Assembly (NCBI GenBank): GCA_965223795.1
Contig: CBDCXL010000002.1
Span: forward strand, 608,001-672,000
Direction of reading: 5' to 3'
From: Nitrospinales bacterium
Lineage (GTDB): Bacteria > Nitrospinota > Nitrospinia > Nitrospinales > VA-1
Length of the DNA stretch: 64,000 bases
A program made the position numbers and the translations under genes. A model generated the notes under the pieces. The model did not search any database, was not told where the DNA came from, and saw nothing but the letters and a program-made list of their open reading frames with translations. Position 1 is the first letter of the stretch. Each line of letters begins with the position of its first letter. This document shows positions 39,393 to 47,798 of the stretch, in pieces.

Positions 39393-41141
39393 ATGGGCAA
39401 GAATTCAACCATGCCTGAACAATTCGGGCGTCTCTGGTTCCTTTGTGTGCTGCTGCTCTGCCCGCCTTTGTTCGCGCAGTCGGCCATCGAAGCGCCGGAC
39501 GATGCGGCCCACAAAATAAAACGGCTGAACGAGATCGTCTACCTTTTGCAGCAGAAACAGGATTTCGCAAAAGCGGAACCCCTGGCGAACAAGGCGGTGG
39601 CCATTGCGGAAGCGCAGCTGGGTCCGGAACATCCACAGCTTGGGGCGGCGTTTCAGAATCTGGCGCACCTCAAACGGATGCAGGGCGATCTGGATGCCGC
39701 CGGCGATCTGTACACCCGCTCGCTGACAATCCAGGAAACGCATTTCGGCAAGGAGCATCCCTCGCTGCTGGCGGCGCTCGACGGCCTGGCGGCGGTGCAC
39801 CTCGCGCAAAACGACGACAACGCGGCCGAGCCGCTGCTGCTGCGCTCTTTGAAAATCAACGAAAAAAGGATGGGCCCCAACGACCGCGACCTCGGCCCCA
39901 CGGTTTCGCTTCTGGCGGCGCTTTATGAACGGCGCGGCGATACGGAACGGCTGGAGCCGCTGCTGCACCGCTCGCTCAAGATCGAGGGAAATGTGAAGGG
40001 ACCCTATGATCCCTCGTTGACGCCGATGGTGGAAAAACTCACCGCCATCTACCGGAAACAGAACAACACCGAAAAGGCGGAGCCGCTGCTCAAATGGCTG
40101 GTCCGGACCAGGGAGAAATCCCTGGGGCCCGATCATCCGGAACTGATCCCGGCGCTCGACAGGCTGGCGGCGCTGTATCTGGACCGGGAGAACGTCAACC
40201 AGGCGGAACCGCTGCTGTTGCGTCAGCTCAAGCTGCAGGAGGCCGCGCTGGGCGAGTCGCACCCTGACGTTGCGGTGACGCTGGAACGGCTCGCGGGTGT
40301 GTACGAGGCGCGCAAGGACCAGGTCAAGGCGAAGCCGATCCTGCTCCGGCTGCTCAGCCTTAAAGAAAACACGCTCGGCCCGGAACACCCGGAATTCGCC
40401 CGCATGCAGCATGAGCTTGCGGAACTGTACCACCGCACCGGCGATGCTTCCCGGGCGGAGGGGATGTACTGGAAGACGCTCAACCTGTACGAATCCACGC
40501 ACGGCAAGTCCCACGCCAAGGTGGCGTCGGTGCTGACGCCGCTCGCCATGCTGTATTTCGACCGCGGCGATCTGGGGGTGGCGGAGCCTCTGCTGCAGCG
40601 TTCTTTGAGGATCCAGGAGAATGCGGAGGACACCGACCCGCTCGAGTTGGCGGAGGTGCTGACGGAACTGGGAGAGCTGTACAGCCAGAAAGGCGATTTC
40701 TCCACCTCGGAGCCCTACCTGCTGCGGGCGCTGGACATCCAGGAGACGCACCGCGCACCGGACCATCCGCGCGTCGCGGTGCTGCTCGACAAACTGGCTT
40801 ACATCTACCGGACCAGCCGTTTTTACGACCGGGCCGAAATGCTTTACAAACGGGCTCTGGAAATCAAGGAAAAGAACCTGGGGCCGAATCACATGGATCT
40901 GACGGTCACGCTGGACGGTCTGGCGCATGTCTACCGGACGACCCGCGCGTACGGCAAAGTGGAGCCGCTTTACCTGCGGTCGATCGCGATTCGTGAAAGA
41001 CTTCTGGGCAAGCAGCATCCGGAGGTTGCGGTTTCCTTGAGAAAGCTGGCGGACTGGTACCGGGATCTGGGCAAACTCGCTCAGGCGCAGGCCCTGACCG
41101 ACCGGGCTTCGGCGATCATGAGCAAATCCGTCCGGCCCTGA
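39393..41141 (+). CDS. Exported TPR protein (kinesin-light-chain-like 42-aa repeats)
   Basis: Signal-like N-terminus; repeated LGPEHP...LA..Y...AEPLL.R.L.I.E. Confidence 0.92.
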   Translation: MGKNSTMPEQFGRLWFLCVLLLCPPLFAQSAIEAPDDAAHKIKRLNEIVYLLQQKQDFAKAEPLANKAVAIAEAQLGPEHPQLGAAFQNLAHLKRMQGDLDAAGDLYTRSLTIQETHFGKEHPSLLAALDGLAAVHLAQNDDNAAEPLLLRSLKINEKRMGPNDRDLGPTVSLLAALYERRGDTERLEPLLHRSLKIEGNVKGPYDPSLTPMVEKLTAIYRKQNNTEKAEPLLKWLVRTREKSLGPDHPELIPALDRLAALYLDRENVNQAEPLLLRQLKLQEAALGESHPDVAVTLERLAGVYEARKDQVKAKPILLRLLSLKENTLGPEHPEFARMQHELAELYHRTGDASRAEGMYWKTLNLYESTHGKSHAKVASVLTPLAMLYFDRGDLGVAEPLLQRSLRIQENAEDTDPLELAEVLTELGELYSQKGDFSTSEPYLLRALDIQETHRAPDHPRVAVLLDKLAYIYRTSRFYDRAEMLYKRALEIKEKNLGPNHMDLTVTLDGLAHVYRTTRAYGKVEPLYLRSIAIRERLLGKQHPEVAVSLRKLADWYRDLGKLAQAQALTDRASAIMSKSVRP

Positions 41142-41260
41142 ACGGGGAGGCGAGGCAAATCATGGGGGATAGAAAACCGTTCCGGCCTCGGCCGGACAAC
41201 CACCGGCTTTGTGAAGCCCAGGTGGCATGACAAATCCTCATATTATCTCGGATGCACTCT

Positions 41261-42016
41261 ATGGGAATCAAACTCTGCCAGCAATGCGGTTACGAGGTCA
41301 GCCACAAAGCACGCACCTGCACCTGGTGCGGCTCCCCGATGAAAAACCGGAGACGGACGGTGCTTCTGATCGCCGCCGCCCTGCTCTGCCTCGCCGCGGG
41401 CCGGTTCTTCTGGAATGCGGATGAGCCCGTTGCCGTGATTCCGGCCACGCACAACAAACCGGCTTCCGTCGTCAACCTCGAGCAGCCGCCGGTGGATGGA
41501 ACGGAATTCGCCAGCCGGTTGTACGTGCAGGCCAAGGTGGTGAACCTGCGCAAGCATCCCACGACCAAATCCGAATCCTTGTGGAAGCTGATCCGCGGCC
41601 AGAAGCTGACGGAGCTGCACCGGGCCGGAAGCTGGGTGCAGGTGTTCCCGCACGACACCGGCGGCATCACCGGCTGGGTGCACCAGTCTCTGGTCGGGAA
41701 AAAAGACCCGCATATGAACAAATTCCGCACCACCCGCGCCGCCTTCCGGGAATTCCGCAAAGAGTTCAACCGGTTCAACAATGAAATAAAGCAATTGAAA
41801 GGCGTGGCCCTGTTCATGGGCGTTCACCTGGAGGGTCAGGACGAAGTGCAGGTGATGGCCACGAACGTTCTTCTGTCCGCACCGGGGCATTACCAGAAAA
41901 AATATCTGAACACCATCATCGAAATGTGGGCGGACGCGAAACACCACACCGGGCCCGTACGCGTGGCCCTGGTGGACGGCCAGGGCAAAAAAATACTGGA
42001 ATCGCAAAACCATTGA
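41261..42016 (+). CDS. Zinc-ribbon + TM + SH3-domain protein
   Basis: CQQC...CTWC, TM helix, VNLRKHP...GSWVQV...GWVHQSL (bacterial SH3). Confidence 0.85.
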   Translation: MGIKLCQQCGYEVSHKARTCTWCGSPMKNRRRTVLLIAAALLCLAAGRFFWNADEPVAVIPATHNKPASVVNLEQPPVDGTEFASRLYVQAKVVNLRKHPTTKSESLWKLIRGQKLTELHRAGSWVQVFPHDTGGITGWVHQSLVGKKDPHMNKFRTTRAAFREFRKEFNRFNNEIKQLKGVALFMGVHLEGQDEVQVMATNVLLSAPGHYQKKYLNTIIEMWADAKHHTGPVRVALVDGQGKKILESQNH

Positions 42017-42149
42017 CGGTTTTTTGCACCGTTGCTTCCGGCCCGCCCGGGGTCCATTCTGCGATTTGCCACCCCTCACCGTGAAATCTGCGCGGCTGAG
42101 GTGACGCCCCCCTTCTCAAACGCCCGCAGTTCCTCTAGAATATCCCGCT

Positions 42150-45100
42150 ATGGTCAAACACCGGCGCACATTGCTATTGCTCACTTTCCTGATCGGCGTG
42201 ACCGTGTTTTTCTGGTCGAGCTCGCGCTATCCGGCTTTGAGCGACAAGGCCGCGATGTCCGGACCGGCGGGCTTCGCCGACCCGATGACGCACGAGGCGC
42301 ATTTCACGATTCCCGAACGCGCGCCGGTTCACGAGAAGGTGCTCTACACCACGCTCAACTGGTACGAAACCAACTGGCGCGGCATGCTGTTCGGGCTGGT
42401 GATCGCCGCCGGGTTTCTCACGCTGCTGCGGTATCTGCCGCGCCAGGGTTCCACCCGGCGCGTGAAAAACAGCTTCATGGGCATGCTGATGGGCACGCCG
42501 CTGGGGGTGTGCGTCAACTGCGTCGCGCCCATCGCCAAGGGCATCTACGAAGCGGGCAGCCGCCTCGAGACCGCGCTTTCGGTGATGTTCAGCTCCCCCA
42601 CTCTCAACATCGTGGTGCTCACGATGGTGTTTTCGATCTTCCCGTTCTACATGGCGCTGCTCAAAGTGGCGGCGACGCTGCTTTTGATCCTCGTTCTGGT
42701 GCCGCTTCTGGCGCGCTGGCATCCGGCGCGGGTTCCGCAGGCCGCTGCGGCTGCGGACGCGGTCTGTGAGCTGGAGCCGGAGATCCGCGAAGGCTGGCCG
42801 GGTGCCGTCAAGGGCGCAGGCGCGGATTATCTTAAGAATCTGCGCTACATCGTGGTGCGGACGGTGCCGCTCATGCTGCTTGCGGGCTTCCTCGGCGCGC
42901 TGCTCAGCCATCTCTGGAGCTTTGAGAAACTGATCGGCGTGCCGGTGAACTGGATCAACCTCGGCCTGATCTCCTTTATGGGCACGTTTTTGCCGCTGCC
43001 CATCGCCTTCGACGTGATGCTGGCGCAGGCGCTCATGATGTCCGGGATGCCCGCCGGGTTCGTGATGGCGTCGCTCTTCACCTTCGGCACGTTCAGCATC
43101 TACTCGGCGTTGATCGTGTACAAAACCTTTTCGCTTAAGCTCGCGGTGCAGCTCTACGCCATCGTGTTCCTGCTGGGGATCGGGCTGGGCGCCATCGCCA
43201 ACGCCTATTCGGAGCACCGCCACGTGGCCTGGCTGTCGCAGTTCGACGCGGTGATGGCAGACGCGGACAGCGAATCGGCGCCGCCTGAGGCGCACCGGGA
43301 ACCTGAGGCCTCTGACACGCCGCACCGCACCACCGCAATCGAGGAGCGGGCTTTTTTCACGGCGGACAACGTGTCGGTTTCGTTCACGCCGCACAACGCA
43401 CGGACCCGATCGGGCCCCCTGCCCTTCACCAAGCTGCTGGGGCCTAAGCTGGGCATCGATTATTGGAACACCCTGACGCCGGAGAACTTTTTCGATCCGT
43501 TTTACTTCGGACGCGGCATCGCCTCGGGCGACGTCGACGGCGACGGCTGGACGGACATCGCGATTGCAACGGACCGCGGGTTTTCGCTGTACCAGAACAT
43601 CGACGGGGCTGCTTTCAAGCGCTGGCGCTGGCAGCTCGATGCGGACATCGGCAAAGAGGGCATCCACATCGCGCTGGTGGACCTGGACAACGACGGCAAA
43701 CTCGATGTGTTTCTCACCACGTTTCAAACGGGCAATTATGCTGTCCTAAACCCGCTTTCCCAAAAGGCGGGCGGGCGGGTGCTCAAGGTGCCCAACGGCG
43801 ATGTGCTTTTGACCAACGCCGCGGCGTTCGCGGACATCGACGGCGACGGATACCTCGACATCGCCAACGGCAATTACCATCTGGGCGTGCTGACGCGAAA
43901 ACCGATCGAAAACGCGGCCGATCAGCTGGTGCGCAACCGCAACCTGAAATTCACTCTGGACCCGCTGGCGGGCGTTCCCGGCCAGACGCAAACGGTGATG
44001 TGGTCGGATTTTCTGGGCGACAGGCACGCGGAACTGGTGGTGGGCAACGATTATCTGGTGCCGGACACCTATTTTACCGGTGCGGCGAACGGGGCGCTGA
44101 AAAAGATCACGCGCCGGGACGGTCTGCTGCCCGTCAGCACCGAAAACACCATGAGCCTCGACACGGGCGATTTCAACAACGACCTGATCCCGGACCTCTA
44201 TCTCGCCAACATCGGATTTTCCAAAGGCATCGACGTGGTGTCCAACATCTTCGGAAAAACCATGCGCGAGGCGGGACGGGAATTCTGCGATTCGGGCGCG
44301 GGCGTGCTGGAACGCGGCGAATGCCACGACATGGTGAAACTGGTGACCCTGCTCAACCCGGAAAAGCAGGACACCTCGGAAAAATGCGTGCAGCTTCAAA
44401 ACCGCCGTGCGGTGAAAGACTGCATGGTGACACGCCTGGCGCTGTTCGCGGCGGAGCGCAAGGACGCGTCGCTGTGCAACCGCATCGTGAGCGGACACGC
44501 GCTCGGACAAACGCTGTGCCGGCAGTTTTTTCTCACCCGGCCGGTAGACACTCGGGGCGACGATGAGATCCCGCAGCGGGCGCTGGCGAACGTGCTGCTA
44601 AAGGGCCGCGGCGCTGAGGGGCTTGAGGACGTATCGGAACAAGCGGGCGTCACCACGGCGGAGTGGAGCTGGAACGCGCGGTTTCTGGATCTGGACAACG
44701 ACGAATGGCAGGACCTGTATGTGGTGAACGGCGTGCTGATCACCCAGGAATTCGCCACGAACAATTTTTTCCACAACCAGAAGGGCGAGACCTTCCTGGC
44801 CGCCGAAACGGCGTTCGGCCTGGAGGACCGCGACCACAGCTCGTCCTACACCGCCTTCGACCTGGACCGCGACGGCGATCTCGACATCATCGCCAACACC
44901 CAGTACGGCCCGTTCAAGGTCTACCTCAACAACGATGCGCAGGGCAACAGCGTCACCTTCAAGCTCAGGGATCACAAGGGCAACCGGTTCTGCATCGGCT
45001 GCGTCGTCACGATCCATTACGGTCCGGGCAACGGCCGCCACCAGATGCGCGAGATCAAGGCGGGAGGCGGCTTCCATTCGACGGACGCGCCGATGGCGCA

Positions 45101-45224
45101 TTTCGGGCTCGACCGTTTCGAATCGATCGGGCGGGTGGAGGTGCGCTGGTCCACAGGAGAAACCAGCGTGCTGGAACGTCCCTTCCCGGCCAACCGGGAA
45201 TTCACGATCCGGCGCAACGGCTGA
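42150..45224 (+). CDS. ArsP/DUF318-like permease fused to an FG-GAP / ASPIC-UnbV domain
   Basis: N-terminal multi-TM region with GTPLGVCVNCVAP and SSPTLN; C-terminal D.DGDG..D repeats and QMREIKAGGGF...AHFGL...EVRWSTG. Confidence 0.85.
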   Translation: MVKHRRTLLLLTFLIGVTVFFWSSSRYPALSDKAAMSGPAGFADPMTHEAHFTIPERAPVHEKVLYTTLNWYETNWRGMLFGLVIAAGFLTLLRYLPRQGSTRRVKNSFMGMLMGTPLGVCVNCVAPIAKGIYEAGSRLETALSVMFSSPTLNIVVLTMVFSIFPFYMALLKVAATLLLILVLVPLLARWHPARVPQAAAAADAVCELEPEIREGWPGAVKGAGADYLKNLRYIVVRTVPLMLLAGFLGALLSHLWSFEKLIGVPVNWINLGLISFMGTFLPLPIAFDVMLAQALMMSGMPAGFVMASLFTFGTFSIYSALIVYKTFSLKLAVQLYAIVFLLGIGLGAIANAYSEHRHVAWLSQFDAVMADADSESAPPEAHREPEASDTPHRTTAIEERAFFTADNVSVSFTPHNARTRSGPLPFTKLLGPKLGIDYWNTLTPENFFDPFYFGRGIASGDVDGDGWTDIAIATDRGFSLYQNIDGAAFKRWRWQLDADIGKEGIHIALVDLDNDGKLDVFLTTFQTGNYAVLNPLSQKAGGRVLKVPNGDVLLTNAAAFADIDGDGYLDIANGNYHLGVLTRKPIENAADQLVRNRNLKFTLDPLAGVPGQTQTVMWSDFLGDRHAELVVGNDYLVPDTYFTGAANGALKKITRRDGLLPVSTENTMSLDTGDFNNDLIPDLYLANIGFSKGIDVVSNIFGKTMREAGREFCDSGAGVLERGECHDMVKLVTLLNPEKQDTSEKCVQLQNRRAVKDCMVTRLALFAAERKDASLCNRIVSGHALGQTLCRQFFLTRPVDTRGDDEIPQRALANVLLKGRGAEGLEDVSEQAGVTTAEWSWNARFLDLDNDEWQDLYVVNGVLITQEFATNNFFHNQKGETFLAAETAFGLEDRDHSSSYTAFDLDRDGDLDIIANTQYGPFKVYLNNDAQGNSVTFKLRDHKGNRFCIGCVVTIHYGPGNGRHQMREIKAGGGFHSTDAPMAHFGLDRFESIGRVEVRWSTGETSVLERPFPANREFTIRRNG

Positions 45225-45247
45225 ACTTCAGCCCTGCATGAGACACT

Positions 45248-46492
45248 TCATTTCCGGTTTTGTTCTTCCGGCAGGACGATTTCGACTTTGGTTCCCTGGT
45301 TGGGGGCTCTGATGACGTTCATCGTCCCGCCGTGGTTGCGCACGACCCGACGACAGAAGGCGAGCCCCATGCCGTTGCCGGGATAGGCGTCTTTGGTGTG
45401 CAGGCGCTTGAACGGTTTTAAGATGGTGGGGATGTATTTGGGGTCGAAGCCGATGCCGTTGTCGCGAACGCCGATTTTCCAGAACCCGTTGCCGAGCGGC
45501 CTGCCGTCCACCCAGATCTGGGGCGGAACCCCGGGCTTGTGGAACTTGAGGCAGTTCGAGAGCAAATGCTCGAACAGGACGGCGATCTGGTCCGCATCCG
45601 CTTCCAGGGTGGGAAGCTCAATTTTTTCCACGCTGACCGCAAGCGATTCCTCATGCGGCTTGAGCTTTGCAAGCAGGCCGTCGACCACGGGGTTCAGATC
45701 GACGGACCGGAAGGTGCATGCCTTCTGATGAAACTCGGAAAAAAGGATCAGATCGTCGATCAGGCTCTGCATCTTTTCCACGGACTGGCCCATGCGGACC
45801 ATGTAATCCGCTTCCTTGCCGCCGAGGTCGTTCAGTGAAGATTGCAGCATGCCGCCGAAGGAGATGATTTTGCGCAACGGCTCCTTGAGATCGTGGCAGG
45901 CGATGTGGAAAAAATCGCTCAGCTCCTGGTTTTTCTTTTCCAGTTCCTCGGCCAGCCCCTTTCTTTGCCGTTCGGCCTGGATGAAGCCGCTCACCTGCTG
46001 ATTCAGGGCTTCGCCTTTGTCGATGAGCTCCACCGCATGCTCCCGCGCCTTCACTTCAAAATACCGCTTCGACTCCAGAAGCTGCCTGTTCAACAGACGC
46101 ATCTCCAGCATGTTGCGGATGCGCAGCGAAACTTCGGGAAAGTTCAACGGCTTGGTCAGAAAATCCTTCGCCCCCGCTTCAAGAGCCCGCAGGCGGTTAT
46201 CCTGGTCCGACTGCGCGGTCAGCACCATCACCGGGGCGCCGTTCTCCTTTTCGATGTCTTTTAGCTGCTGCATCACCGCAAAGCCGTCGAGATGCGGCAT
46301 GTTCAAATCCAGAAGCACCAGATCGGGCGCGAACTGTTGATACAACGGCGCGGCCTGGCGGGAATCTTCGGTGCTTTTGACGTGCGTGTACCCGCTCTGA
46401 TTGAGGAACTGCTCGAGCAGGCGGATGTTGGCGGCCTGATCGTCGACGATCAGAATGCGGCAGTTGGTGATGTCCTTAGGAGGTAGGTGCAT
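45248..46492 (-). CDS. Receiver + histidine kinase hybrid protein
   Basis: ILIVDD, LLDLNMP, CHDLKEPLR, DNGIGF, GMGLAF. Confidence 0.93.
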   Translation of the reverse strand: MHLPPKDITNCRILIVDDQAANIRLLEQFLNQSGYTHVKSTEDSRQAAPLYQQFAPDLVLLDLNMPHLDGFAVMQQLKDIEKENGAPVMVLTAQSDQDNRLRALEAGAKDFLTKPLNFPEVSLRIRNMLEMRLLNRQLLESKRYFEVKAREHAVELIDKGEALNQQVSGFIQAERQRKGLAEELEKKNQELSDFFHIACHDLKEPLRKIISFGGMLQSSLNDLGGKEADYMVRMGQSVEKMQSLIDDLILFSEFHQKACTFRSVDLNPVVDGLLAKLKPHEESLAVSVEKIELPTLEADADQIAVLFEHLLSNCLKFHKPGVPPQIWVDGRPLGNGFWKIGVRDNGIGFDPKYIPTILKPFKRLHTKDAYPGNGMGLAFCRRVVRNHGGTMNVIRAPNQGTKVEIVLPEEQNRK

Positions 46493-46544
46493 GGAATGAT
46501 TAAAAAGAATTGCGTTCCGTCCGGCGTGGGCGGCAGGAGCCCGG

Positions 46545-47231
46545 TCAGGAGTGACCGGGACCTTTTTTCTTCCGCACTTCGAAACTCAGGGTCTGCTCGA
46601 GAGCACGCATCTCGTTATTGGAAATCTGGATGTGAAAGCTGAAAAAATTATCCGCCGAATTTTTCATCTGCCGCAGAATGACCACGTATTTCTTGAATTC
46701 GCTGGACAGTTTCTCCAGAACGTCGGAGGTGCCTGAGCGCCCGCCATCGACTTTTTTCAGGCTGGTCGCGGCACAATAGTAGTAGGACTCGCCCTTGTCG
46801 ATATACGCGTCCCCCAGAACGTTGGTGTCCGGATTGAACAGGCCCAGATTGAGCAGAAGAAAATCCGCGTTGATCTTGTAGAGATAATAACGGATGGCGG
46901 TCTGCTCCTGGTTGACGGCGATCTGGCCGACGTCGGCATCGAGGCCGACCACGTATTTATGTATGAGGGAAAGGGACTGCGGGTTGGCGAGGTCGGCCAG
47001 GGTGAGGGTGATGTACTGGTTCACATCCTCGTCGTATTTGAGGTCGTTCGCCTTGACCTCCTTCCAGTGCCGGTCTTTCCATTCTTCGCTGCGGCCTTCT
47101 TCGAAGATCGGATCGTAACCGGCGTTGGATTCCAGTCCGGATTCGACCCGCGCCTTGAGCAGCTGGTCGGAAAAATAAGATTCGGTGGTGTCGGTGTTCC
47201 CGGTATCCAGATGTTTGAATTTGATAGCCAT
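46545..47231 (-). CDS. Hypothetical protein
   Basis: 228-aa ORF with AGGTG SD-like sequence; no recognisable motif. Confidence 0.8.
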   Translation of the reverse strand: MAIKFKHLDTGNTDTTESYFSDQLLKARVESGLESNAGYDPIFEEGRSEEWKDRHWKEVKANDLKYDEDVNQYITLTLADLANPQSLSLIHKYVVGLDADVGQIAVNQEQTAIRYYLYKINADFLLLNLGLFNPDTNVLGDAYIDKGESYYYCAATSLKKVDGGRSGTSDVLEKLSSEFKKYVVILRQMKNSADNFFSFHIQISNNEMRALEQTLSFEVRKKKGPGHS

Positions 47232-47798
47232 GTTTCACCTGCGATAGATTGGACAAACAGGAATCGGGGCTCTCCTGTTTATCATAACAACAAACAATTC
47301 AATTGCAAACACATCCCCAAGACTCCCTGGCGCGGTCCGGCTGCCGGTCCGGGGCGGCGTTTCCCGCGCCGGTCAAGCCGCGATTATACAAGAATTTTGC
47401 AAATCAGAGGTGGCGGGAATTTTGACGGATCGATTCGAATCCACGTTACAGCCGTGCGGAAGCGAATTCTCCCGCGCTTTGCCGTTCCTTTTCGCGGTCT
47501 CCGGACACATTGAACGCAAGGTCCGTTTCTGGCCGGGGTCGAATCCGGTATTCTGAGTCCAAGTCGCAATTGGCGGCTTGCGGCCTGCTCTGTTTTTTAA
47601 AATGACTGGCTAGCGTCTCTCTATCCGGGAAAGCGGTCAACGCCGCCGCAGTCCGTATCGGGAGGCTGAACATGCTGAAACCCGGAGCCCAGCGCCGGGA
47701 AGCGCGCGGATTCGGGCATTCGGTTCCGGCTTTGAGCGGCGCCCCAAAAACCCGCCCATCTGATATAATGGGATCTCAATCCCACTGACCGATCGTTT

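Noticed and set aside
47400..47600. tRNA-like or structured ncRNA in the long intergenic region
   Set aside because: Only scattered stems; no cloverleaf or recognisable RNA family.
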